Origin: Chrysomallon squamiferum
Lineage: Eukaryota > Animalia > Mollusca
Reading direction: 5' to 3'
Length of the DNA stretch: 64,000 nucleotides
Assembly: GCA_012295275.1 (NCBI GenBank)
Contig: CM022675.1
Location: 15,376,001 to 15,440,000, forward strand
The notes under the pieces were generated by a model. It searched no databases, was not told the DNA's origin, and saw only the letters and a list, made by a program, of their open reading frames with translations. A program made the translations under genes and the position numbers. Below, in pieces: positions 42,124-54,069 of this stretch (positions are counted from its first letter, which is position 1; every line of letters begins with the position of its first letter).

Positions 42124-43839
42124 CTTTTGAAAATACAGTTTATTCGTGCAATATTGTTACACAGATGTATATTAATATATAGCATCACTCAGCCACTTGA
42201 TTTTACTTACAACGTACAATATTATATAAGTTTATTATTATATATATACAAACATTCATACATATGTATATGTACGTACATACATACATATATGTATGCT
42301 TGCAAGCATGCATAGATGCACAAGAACGCTCATACAGTTGTACCTAATGTAAAGGACTTTACCTACCATCAATAAATGTCATTAAGCAATAAAAATATTT
42401 TTTAGGTGCCATTTTTTCCATACCCCGGCAAGTCCATAGATGTCAGGATATTTCTTGTGATACACTATTCACTTTCATGATCCTGCTAATCCAGTTGAGT
42501 ATAATTCATAAAATAAAAAAATGGCTTATCTTAACCCAAAGTCCCTTAAAAAAAGTAGCATAGATTCTTATCAAATATACATGTTGAGTTTTCATTAGGA
42601 TCTGAGTGAATATATAATACAAAAATATTTTGAAGATTAAATATAATTAATTTTTATAGCCAATGAAGTGTTTCACAAATTAGTTCTGTTTTCTATAAAA
42701 ATTATTTTAATGTTTATCAATTATTTTTGTTCTTAACAACAAACAGTATGTTTATGAACGAGAGATGAAAGTGATTGAACAAAACGGCAAGAAAGTCTGG
42801 ATAGTCCTAGCACAGAGTGTTGTGTCTACTGAAATACCAGAGAAAGCGGGCGTCATCCGGGTTGACGACTATAAACAGAGTGCTGCTCTAACTTCAGATG
42901 GCAAACAAGGAACAAATGGTATTGCAAATTATTAATTATAATATTTAATTAATTCTGATTTTTTGTTCTTGATTTCTTCAGCTTAAACTTGTGTGTTAGC
43001 CTGTGTATCTCAGTCATTATAGATCAGAGAATAAAACAACTAGCTCTGGGTATTTTGTGGTGCATGTAAAATGTTTCTAGCTGTTTATCATTATAAAATA
43101 AAATATTCATCTGATAATTAATAACTATTGATATTAAAATATGCTAAAGTCTTATTAAACATTTGTTTTATTCATTTTTCAAACATCAGTTTAGAGCATA
43201 GTAAACACATTATTTAAATCCTAAATTTTATTATTCACAACATGTATTCTTTAACACATATATCACAATATGTGTAATGCAAATTCATTTATATAGTTAT
43301 TAAAGAAAATATCTGATATATTGTATTTTAAATAATTGAAATTACATAACTTCATTCATATTTTCATTCAGCATTTATGCATTATTATGATAATCCTAAA
43401 GGAATGATACCAGCTTGGTTAATCAACTGGGGAGCTAAGGTAATTAATTTCATTTAAAAAAAATCTTTCATTATGTCATTAAATTGATGCAAGTGTTCAG
43501 TTTGACTATTTCATATATTTCTGGACACAGAAACATTTTTATTTGACTTTATTTTAATGAATATTTGTTCATGTTAATGCCAGTAGATTTTGATCACTTA
43601 AGTAAAATCTGCTGATATAATTGAAAGTGCCTGTAAAATGTTCCAAGTTCTTTTGAAAATACAGGTAACAGCTTTTTTGAAAGAAGATAATAAAAGTTAT
43701 TTTAAGGGGTTTTATTTCAGGAAATATTTAATGACATTTACATATTTTATTTCAGACAGGTGTCCCTCAGTTTTTGTCGACAATGCAGGAAGCATGCCAT
43801 GGTTACACAAAGTATCTACAAAATCGGACATCTAGTTAA
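39194..43839 (+). CDS. PCTP: Phosphatidylcholine transfer protein (STARD2), 214 aa
   Basis: Exons 39194-39316, 40961-41078, 41565-41644, 42747-42918, 43372-43439, 43756-43839 join in frame. Motifs SGLYEYKIYG, VYMDLEYRKQWD, YPFFMSNRDYVY, GVIRVDDYKQS, YYDNPKGMIPAWLINWGAKTGVP. Confidence 0.95.
41645..42746 (+). other. U12-type (minor spliceosome) GT-AG intron in PCTP
   Basis: 5' site GTATCCTT; branch-like TTCTTAAC 9 nt before the exon; no polypyrimidine tract. Confidence 0.85.
42008..42426. mobile_element. MITE with 8-bp TSD inside the U12 intron
   Basis: Direct repeat GGCAAGTC at 42000-42007 and 42427-42434. The inverted motif ggaaaaaatggcacc / ggtgccattttttcc is reiterated at the left end. 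Confidence 0.75.
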
Positions 43840-44862
43840 CAGATATTTTAATATTCCCAATCAACCTTACAAGCTTCACACCATTAAAACATTTTTTTAA
43901 AAAGGAGAAATTTTTGTCTGTGGCACATAACATTCTTATATAGTATCATTTGATTCAGCACTACTCTCACAAGTGTAGAGAAATATAGGGAACCCTTTTT
44001 CCCACTTACTAATGAAAAGAAGTTGAGCTGAATTGATTCCTTTTATTCACATGAATATGTGTGTGTGTGTGTGTATATATATATATGGATTTGCCCAGTG
44101 AGGCACATAATGATTATATTTCCGGAAAACTAATTCTTTTTAATCAATAAACTTTGGCATTTAAGGCACACTTTAATTCTGCTAAATTGTTCTTATGTGT
44201 ATACATATATATGACACATTCTAGAAAGGTGAGCCTTGATGCATGACACAAAGGCATGATTTCCAAAATTATTTTTAAATGGAAATGATAATATTAATGA
44301 AAAGTCTTTTTTTTTTTTTTTTTATAAATTTGAGAACTTGAAGATGTTTGAGACCATTTGTTGACATTAAAGGTCATTACCTAAAAAAAAACAGTGTGAT
44401 CAGATGTGACTGATGACATGTAAAGAAGTCAAACGTATGTTACAATAACTGGAATGTGTTGCTAAACAAGCATTAACTTATTCAAACAGGCTACTTTAAA
44501 CATCTGAAAAAAGAATTATTTAATATTCTTTTATTGTTAATTTAGAAGGAAAATGTCATGCCATCAATAACATCCAGCCAGTGTCCTTTTAATTGTTTTG
44601 ATTTCTGTTAAGTATAACCTTGAAAGGAATTACAAGACCAAGTTTTTACACTGCAGAAATACAGTTTATAAATATAAATGTTACTTAAAAAGACTACCAG
44701 CATTTGATGTTTAACTTTAATCCTCTGTAATACATAAACTCAGCTAATCCTTAGGTTCCACCTCATTTGTCAGACACCAATTTGTTAGTCTGTGAGACCA
44801 TATAATTAGTTTAATTGGCTGGCCTCACTATTGCTATAATGGGATAGCCCAATGAGCTTGGT

Positions 44863-45078
44863 ATTTCATTGTTTAATTGATACTAACTCTTGCACTGGAG
44901 TGAGAAGTATTAGTTGTGCATTTAATATTAAATAAATACATTGTTTCACTGTCAGTGACATTTACATATTCACTGTCAGTGAAACAATGTATTTATTTAA
45001 TATTGAAGCATTAAATGCACAGCTGACTAATATTTTCTCATTCCAATGCAAGAGTTAGCATCAATTAAATAATGAAAT
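44863..45078. repeat. About 215-bp imperfect palindrome (foldback)
   Basis: atttcattgtttaattgatactaactcttgcactgg...aatacattgtttcactgtcagtg is mirrored by cactgtcagtgaaacaatgtatt...tgcaagagttagcatcaattaaataatgaaat. Confidence 0.85.
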
Positions 45079-45099
45079 TATTTATACATATATCATAAT

Positions 45100-45680
45100 A
45101 TGGCAAACCATCAGTATCATCACTATGGCTGGACTGCAGCAAGTTGAGTACTTCACCTCCTAGTGAGGAATGTGCCAGGTACTGTTTCAGGGATATCTCT
45201 TCAATAAAAATAAGGTTCTCCTGAATGGTATCTACTGGAGATGTACTGATAAGACATGTACCAGAAGATATACAACGGTAGGGGATTATATTAGAGACTT
45301 CACTGACCACACCCACCCTCCTGCAGATGCCTCTGGCATGAGGTTCATCAGTACACAATGGAAATGAGCCTGTGAAGAACCTACCACATCACTGCCTGCC
45401 ATCTACACTGATGACATCCTGAGACAAGACCCCACCAACAGTGCCTTGTACAGACATAGGAACCACACAGTGCCCAGCCTGCCAACTTCAAGATCCTGGC
45501 TTTCTTCTTCGCAACATACCCCCTAGTGCATGCCCTTCTTCCTGACTGCTGGATTACGACCTACCAGTGACTGTTCGGCCACATTCAATGCCTTGTCAAC
45601 ACCCATCTTCAATTCCTGGATGCATTGGCAAAACTGGTTAAGCTGGGCTGAACTGAACTGTTGACAACGAAATGTGGACT
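45100..45680 (+). mobile_element. Decayed MULE/Mutator transposase fragment with FLYWCH zinc finger
   Basis: VLFQGYLFNKNK....IYWRCTDKTCTRRYTT.......TDHTHPP (45170-45325), followed by GC-richer, stop-ridden sequence. Confidence 0.7.
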
Positions 45681-45704
45681 ATATTCACTGCCTCACAAAC
45701 TTAT

Positions 45705-45872
45705 GCGAACTTATAATGCTGTGCTCTAGACTGTATTGACTTATTTTAACTATTTTACTGTAAAGTCTTTTATGCAAACTTATAATGCTGTGCTTTAGAC
45801 TGTATTCACTTATTTTACCTGTATTTTACTGTAAAGTCTTTTATGCAAACTTATAGTGCTGTGCTCTAGACA
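45705..45872. repeat. About 70-bp tandem repeat, about 2.4 copies
   Basis: Unit aacttataatgctgtgctctagactgtattgacttattttaactattttactgtaaagtcttttatgca. Confidence 0.8.
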
Positions 45873-46440
45873 ATATTAAATTATGTGTTATGTTATGCAG
45901 ACTTACAGTTGTTATTTTTGTTGGGCCCATTATTCACATAGGTAATAGGCTAGGTCGGTTACAAGGAACATCTTTGCATACCAGTCATGGCAACAGCATG
46001 GTCAGTGTTAACTACAAATGGAATAAACAAAAGTGTGGCTATACAGAAATATATGACCTTAATATCCACACTTTCTGTATTAAAAAAAAAAAAAAAAAAA
46101 AAAGCATCGCAAAATGCTGATTAAAATATAAACAAGATACCATTTCTATCTACCGCTAGAATTTATTTTCAAATTGTTCAGCTATATCGTGGGACTCGAA
46201 GGTTTTTCACTTCGACAAAATACATTACTATTTTAGTATTTATTTTAAATATTTATATGTTAAAAAAAAAAAAAAAAAAATGTGTCTGTGATACTATGTC
46301 ACGTGGGAAACATTACACCGCTTGGCGTTCATTTATTTTCTGACAGGCAGGATTGTTTTACATTATTAATAAAACCATCGGCACTGTTAGTTACTAAATA
46401 TAATATATTTAATAACTGTCCTGAAAGCGTGTAAACAAAT

Positions 46441-46735
46441 ACAGGATGAGAATCGTTTATCCGGAAGTATTTCGGAATATTTCGGATTTTGGAATATAAG
46501 GAGACGGCATCAGAATAGAATTTACATCAAAATATGAATTCCATTTATTTTTCATATGCAGCTTACACAGATAGTCAGCAAAATTTTTAAAATAATATTT
46601 GTAATAATTTTGTGCATAAAATACAGTTTGTGTATCGAAACAAGTCCGATATTGTTATTTCTACTACTCGGAAAAGGTTTCGGATTTCGGAGCTTTCCAG
46701 ATTTCGGAATTTCGGATAAGGGATCCTCGATCTGA
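46441..46735 (+). mobile_element. Tigger4/Zombi-like MITE, copy 2
   Basis: TIR-like ends caggatgagaatcgtttatccgga ... ttcggataagggatcctcgatctg; interior matches copy 1. Confidence 0.75.
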
Positions 46736-47158
46736 ACAACAGCATGATAATCGGACGTAATACCAAACCGATCAGTTACTGTGATCGAATGTAGTGACAG
46801 AGAAAGCAATCATGGTTCAATAATTTACTTACACAGGTGTTTCATTATCAATTTAAAAAATATATTTGTTACATTTTTATGCTGTTACTAGTACAACATA
46901 TATATAAACTCTGATGTTTACAAAAGTTAAAATTTATGTGTGGTTATTATTATGATTTGGATAAATCATAAACTGAATATATTTTTTAGTCACTGCATTT
47001 AGTTAGATAGTGAAATAATCCAAAGTTTTAATAATTTATTTTTTAACTGTTTTACAACTTTTATACAGGAAAACATCTCAAGACTGGACAGTTACAAGAC
47101 AATTTGCAGTTTAAGGAGATTTTACATTCCGGTACAATTGTATGGGTTCCAGTGAGTG

Positions 47159-50100
47159 ATGACTTCGAAAATATTCCATCCATTATGTTGGCTTCAGGCT
47201 GCCAAAGGTCAGTATTCAGTATCTGTAGTGTGAAGTCTTTTAACAACAAAATGTGTTGTTTGTTATAATTCTGCCACTTAGATACCTAGAATAAATTAAC
47301 TTTATCTCAAGTAATCACTGGAAATTGTATTGATATTAAGACTACACTAAAGTGTAACATAACAAAAATAAGAATACTAATTAAATAATTTATTATGATT
47401 TGGATAAACTGAATATATTTTTGTTACAGAGAAACAGATTTGTTTGGTGGTGTTGAACTGCCAGATGAAGAATGAAATTAGCTTGCTTAAAGATGTCTGG
47501 AAGAAAGGTAATTCAGTCACAGCATTTAGTTAAATGGCGAAATAATCCAAAGTTTTAATGATTTATTTTTTAACTGTTTAACAACTTTTATACAGGAAAA
47601 CATCTCAAGACTGGACAGTTACAAGACAATTCGCAGTTTAATGAGATTTTACATTCCAGTACAATTTTATGTGTTCCATATTTTGATCCATTATTTCACT
47701 ATTATTTATGTACAGTTAAAAATAGCTTAATTATTAAATACTACTAATAAAACCACAACAAACTAAAAATCATCAGCTAACTTACAGTTATGCAAAACAT
47801 TCATGAATATGTAAGCAAAAATAAGATCAGTTAAATTCTTTAAAATTATTCCAGTATCAGTTATCCTTGGCAAATCCTATACATCTGTAAGGTATGCATT
47901 TTTTTTTATATTCATTCTCTAATTTTGCTTCATCATAGAAGATATTTCCTCAATACACAGAGATGTTTTTGTTTGAGGTATCATTAGAACAGTAGAGCTA
48001 ATCAGAGCAGAAACTAATAAAACACACTAATCACAGGTTTTTGGGTGGATTAGTTCAGTTTTGAGAGAGAGGTCTCACTATATAATGTATTTCTATTCTG
48101 ATGTCTTATTAGTCATGAGAAAATAAACTAGTGTGCTGTTGTATATAAAAATCATGTATTTGGTTATTTATTTATTTGCTACTACTTTTGTTTGGAAAAC
48201 TATTTTAAGATTTAAATATTTTAGCTATATTTAAGTCCTGTGTGGATGGTGCTGTAAATCACCTGTATGATATAATGGGAGCTAAAAGAGAGGAATATGT
48301 TCCAGACATCATCACTGGAGACTTTGACTCAGCTATTCCAGCTGTCCTGGAATTTTACAGAAGCAAAGTAATCATCCTCATTTTTTTTTTTAATAATAAT
48401 TTTTTTTTTTTTTTTTTTTTTAATTATTTCACAAGGAATAGCCATAATAATAAACACTTTACATATAATGTAAACAATTCATTTTTTTATGTCAACAAAA
48501 TCATTAAGTTTGTCATTCCTAAGTATGATCATTGACTTAAAGTTACTTTTTGTTAACAGAAGCCAACAGAAAAAAACTGTCTAAAAATGTTTTAAATATT
48601 ATTTTGTGTTCAGAATAGTATTTTTTCAGATTTTGTTTTAATAGATAAGATCATTCATGCATTTTGCATACTACAGTGAAGGTTTAGCAATAATACCACA
48701 TGTAGATAGATGATCAGTTGAACTTAGTAGTTTGCTTATATGTGCCATTCATTTTGTATTGCTGAATACATACTGTCTATTTCAGTAAATGTATTTTTCT
48801 AATCATTATGGAATTTCAAAGGATGTGACTTGAAGTCTTTGATAGTTACTATATATCAATGTATAGTTTTATTATTTACTGACACTGTTGATCAGCACCA
48901 TCATTGTGAGCCAAACATCCTGTTGCAGGGCAAAAATTTCAGCATGTTGTTTTCACATGTTCCTTTCTTGCACTGTCCTCTGCCAGATAATTCTTTTCCT
49001 TTATTCATCTAGTTCATTCCTTCATTGTCTGACTGGTCATTGTCTAAATTTTTTCCGTTTGTATGGTTTCCATGTGATGATATCAATGTTCACTGGTTAT
49101 TTTGTATTTTACTGATGTATCCTGCCCAGGTCTACTTCTGTCTTCTACAATTACATCTTTGATCTTTGGTTTGTCTATTAGACAAATATTCCTTTATCAG
49201 TCCTGATATATGATGTTTAAAATGTTCTTTCTGTCTTTATTTGTGTGGCTGCTAATTTGTTTTCTGTCTATTTCGTTAGTACCCATGTTTCAGTGCTGTA
49301 TGTCATAGTTGGAAGTACACATGGTTTGTAGATTTGTCTCATAAAGCTTTCTTCAGACTCCTAGTTGCTATAATCCTTTATTGTATGATTTGTTGCTTGT
49401 GCTTCCTAATGTCTTCCTTTGTTTTCTTTTTGATGGATATTTGTGCATTCTCAGTTCACTTATAGTTTTCTACTATTTCTCATCATTTTTTCATCAAGGC
49501 TGTATCATGGTTGGTTGTTTTGGCTGTTCTGTGGCACTCTGTACATTATATATGTTAACTGAATACATTAACTATAATATTACACAAGTTTTTAAAATCT
49601 AAAAGCCTTTTTGAAAAAAACATGAATACAATTGTCATAGTTTCTTTGAATATCTCCTAGATGAGTGTACTTTAGACTATGTTGTTTAAGGCTATAAATA
49701 AACAATCAATGTTGAATTTTATCTTTATTCAGGGTGCAGAAATTATTGAAACAGCAGACCAAAATTCCACTGATTTTACCAAGAATTTGCTGACTGTGTT
49801 ATCTAAAGTTAAGACATTCCAGGTATATTTTGAAGATAATTACAAAATAGTTAATTGCACAAATAAAATCTTAACGAAATTTGATTATAAATATGCATTT
49901 TGTATTATAGATTGAAAATAGTACATGTCAGATACTCAAGTGACTGAAATATTCAATTAAACTTTTTCATTACTATAGAAAAAATCTTTATTAACAGAAT
50001 TTAAAAAAAAAAAAAAAAATATTTTAATTTATTTATTTTTATTAATTTATTTTATTATTATTATTATTATTTTTTAATTTATTGTTCTTTTTTGGTTATT

Positions 50101-51401
50101 AACCAGTTTGACAATATCTTGACATTTGGTTGCATTGGTGGGCATATGGAGGGACGAATGGATCATTTCTTTGCTAATATAAACACACTGTTTGAAATTG
50201 AGAAACACACAGATAAACCTGTTTATTTAGCAGCTAATGGATGCCTGGTCTTTCTGCTGAAAAAAGTATTTGTATTTTATTATTGATGTGTTGATGTTAT
50301 TGTAACTATTATTATTAGTCAAACATCTTTGTTATTATCGATCATGCCAAAAACGCAGAGTAAGCACTTGACAGTTATATGAATTTAAATTTCTTAATAA
50401 TAATAAAAAAAAGAAATGTGTTTAAAATATCTTCAAAATGCAGGTTAATGATCCCTGTTCTGAAAACTCCAAAATCTGAAACATTTTCCAAGCAGCAGAA
50501 ATAGTTTATGATTCTTTTGCACAACATTGTTAAAAATTTGATATAAAATAACCTGCAGACAATTTGTGTAAGGTGTATATGAAATATGAGTATATCCAGT
50601 TCTTTTATTTCTAAATTTTAAAACTGCCAGTCCCAAGCATTTTGGATAACAGTTTCTCAACCTGTGTACTTTTTACTTTTGTCTCTCAGAGAGAGAAATG
50701 ACTGGACTTTCACATTGTCCTTGTTGTTGTTGTTGTTAATATTATTATTATAGGGCCACAATACAATTGAGGTTGATACAGGATTTGAGGGGCCTCACTG
50801 TGGCCTTATTCCAGTTGGCTGTAATTGTCATGTGACAACCACAGGTCTCAAATGGAACCTAGGTGAGATTTGATTAGATAATTAGAGAAAGAACATATAT
50901 ATCAGGACAGGATTATTCAAAACTGTGTACCCTTTAGAAGATGTGTACCCTTTTGAAAGATCTGGTCTAAAAAAATGTAAAACATTAACTTCATGCAGTT
51001 AATAGAATACTTAATACTTTATTTGCTGTACTTGTATCTGTTGAACAGGACTGTTTAACCTAATTTAAAATAGACAATTTCTACTGAATGTGTTGCACTT
51101 TTTATTATTATTTCTACTACCTGAGTTAAAATTTAATTAAAAAAAAAAAAAAAAAATGATAAATACATCTTTCAGTATAAGACTTATGGAAGATAAAATA
51201 GATTCAGTTATTCAGTTAAGGTTTTTAGTTCCAATCTGTTTTAACTTCATTTTTGTGTGTGTGTGTGTTATGTAAATTTCAGACAACCAGCAGCTGAAAT
51301 TCGGAACTCTGGTCAGTTCATCTAATAGTTTTATTGGATCTAGAGAAGTAACAGTGGAAACTGACCAACCTTTGTTATGGACCATGCAGTATAGGACATA
51401 A
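47159..51401 (+). CDS. TPK1: Thiamin pyrophosphokinase 1, 248 aa
   Basis: Exons 47159-47207, 47430-47507, 48225-48367, 49733-49822, 50107-50265, 50754-50862, 51283-51401 join in frame. Motifs [76 protein letters not shown]. Confidence 0.95.
48890..49530 (-). mobile_element. RTE-clade LINE 3' fragment in a TPK1 intron
   Basis: Minus strand reads [19 protein letters not shown] near 49280-49340 and ITWKPY...[10 protein letters not shown] near 48960-49080, typical of an RTE C-terminus. Confidence 0.7.
50441..50664 (-). mobile_element. Tigger4/Zombi-like MITE, copy 3
   Basis: Ends caggttaatgatccctgttctgaaa ... gtcccaagcattttggataacagtttctcaacctg. Confidence 0.7.
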
Positions 51402-53199
51402 CTACATTATAATACAGTATATTTATATTGTTATAAATATATTAAATTGTTGTCAACCATAACTGTATTAAATGCAAAAAACATTTATTGTGCAAAAATC
51501 ATTAAACAGAAAAATCAAGACTCTATGGAAGGAAATATTGCTATGTCTGAAAGTCCTTTAAAAGAATTAGCACCATGTTAATTGTTTTCTATACAGCCTC
51601 CAAAGGAAAAACCAGTCTACGCTACATGCTACCCGCGATGTCATACGTGGTATTTTTATTTGATTTATAAATAAAGTAAATAATAAACTAGAAATTGTTG
51701 GTGTTCTAAGACCTTTTATACAGTGTAGATGTAAAGCAGTTGGTGAAAAATGGATTATGTTTTGGGTACCATTTTTTGGTCTAACTCAGACTTTGGTATC
51801 ATTCTGCAAACTGCACTGAACTTTTTCAAGACTTGGCAAAAAATGTAAGGTATTATTGTGATGTGTGTACCAGTCACTAGTCAGAAATGTTTCTCAACAT
51901 TGTTGCTCTTTAATAGTTAAAACTTGTTAATACAAACTCTAACAATACATACCTGAGTTTTATATTGAGTTTTATATATACACATAAGAGTAAGATTGTT
52001 TTTGAGCAGAAGTCAATAGTGAATTTTGAAAGCCATCGTAATTGACAATAAGTCAAAGTTTAGTAGCTTTTTAATTATTTATTATTGAAGTTAAAACTAT
52101 TCTAATAAAACAAACATATAAACAAGTCATGAAATACACTACAAAGAATATTTATGAAATATAAAATATTATTAAACTTCTGGGAAACAGTAACAAAAAT
52201 AATATGTACAAGTGTAGTTAATTAATAAATACAATTTCTTTTAAATAATATGCAGCAATAACATGTCCAATAAATCAGGAACATTAATTATCACAAGAAA
52301 CTTTTTATCAAGTTAAATTAAAAATAGTTTAAAAAAACAAAAACAACATAATAATAAATTTCTTTTTATAATAAATAAATACTGTTTGCAGGCATAGATA
52401 ACTGGCCAGAACACTGCTTATAAAAACAAAATTCTCTTTCATTTTGAAACCAGATTTTTTTAATATATTACTTAAATAATTGAATAATTCTGTTACTATT
52501 ATTTTTAAAAACCATCAGCTGCATACACAAAACAATGAAAGCTTTTAAGGTTGGCTCCCTGTTTTCATTTCCCTATGTCCCTTTTTCCTTTCCAGTCTTT
52601 ACTTTCATTAGGTGGTAAAAGAAGCAGCTGCAGATTATTTTTATTGCTCTGTAGAAATTTGAATTACCCTCTGACAGATGATATCACTGAATTTGAAAAC
52701 CACTGATCTAAAGTTATAATATAATTTACATTACATACCAGCTGACTGCATGCACAACAAAATGATAGATAAATTTGAATTATTTCTTAATTATTTCTGG
52801 TTTTGTGTGGAAGATCATGAAACAAATAAAAAAAATGCCAAATAATACTGAAAATCTTGAGGGTAATGAGGAAAAAATATTTTTTATTTGATACTTGCAG
52901 ATTAAAAAAATCAAACAACTAATGGTTATATAATGCTTTACATTGAATTTATAAATTTTTTCGACCACTCTGTTTATGTATATATGTGGGTGTGTATATG
53001 TATCAACAAATGTTAGACAAAGATAATTCATATATATATATATATATATAAAAAAATAAGTACTATAATTTAGTACAGGAACAAAACAATTCTTGAATTT
53101 TTGTTTTGTTTTGTATACTGTGAATGGAATACATCATACTGGCCATATAGCTTACAGTTTGAACATTGCTGAAATCCATTATTTGAAAATGTTAAACTA

Positions 53200-53390
53200 C
53201 CAACATACTGATATTTATATTTGTAATGGTTCAGTGTACATGCACTTCGTTTAAAAATACCTTCATTTGTGTAAGCTGTGAATAAAATATAAATGGATTT
53301 CATGTTTAGATTTGGGGCCCTTATTTGAAGCTATCTCATTATATTCTAAAGTTCGAAAAATTCAAAAGTATGAGTCACTTCCAGCCCTTT
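53200..53390 (-). mobile_element. Tigger4/Zombi-like MITE, partial copy 4
   Basis: tgtgtaagctgtgaataaaatataaatggatttcatgtttagatttggg...cacttccagccc is the reverse complement of the interior of copies 1 and 2. Confidence 0.55.
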
Positions 53391-54069
53391 GTACATTACA
53401 TGAAGATTAGAATGTTTCTTTATTTCTGTTTAAATGTTAAAACATCAAAATACTTCAGATGAAACTTTGCAAAAAAAGGAACAAAAAGCAGTAATAATTT
53501 GAGAAAATTATTCAAACTGGCCATTGGAATATGCTTTTGACACTAATTATAGCTTAATAAGACTGGTGTATGGTGAGAAAAAGATTATAATTTTAAGATT
53601 TAAAAAACAATAAACATTTAAAAATATATATCAGTGATATATATATATATATATATATAATAACTACTATAATTTAGTACAGGAACAAAACAATCTCAAA
53701 TTTTTGTGTTATATACTGTGAATGGATGCTGTGACTTGGATGCAAAAATTCCAAAATATTATAAATGCAGACAACATAATAGAATAACTGCACTATATGA
53801 GACAGATTACAAGATAGCTCAATCAACATCTACAGAAATATATATTTAGAAAAAAATCCTTAATGTCAAATTGATGTGTTATATAATTATTTAACAAGTA
53901 ATAGTGTTTCAGTTGAAATAGCAATCACAAGATTGGATTTATTTTACAAATTATACATTTCCATAACACTGACTTTAAAAAGTAAATGATAAATAATGAA
54001 TCTTCTAAATGAAATTACACAAGGTTACAAAACTCCCTAGAGACATTTTCAACTTGCTGGACATGTTTC

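Noticed and set aside
52540-52690. Alternative last exon of the minus-strand gene
   Set aside because: Could not find a convincing phase-0 acceptor with a sustained open frame.
53030-53725. About 90-bp direct repeat at 53030-53130 and 53635-53725 as LTRs
   Set aside because: No TG...CA ends, PBS or coding interior; looks like a simple local duplication next to (TA)n.
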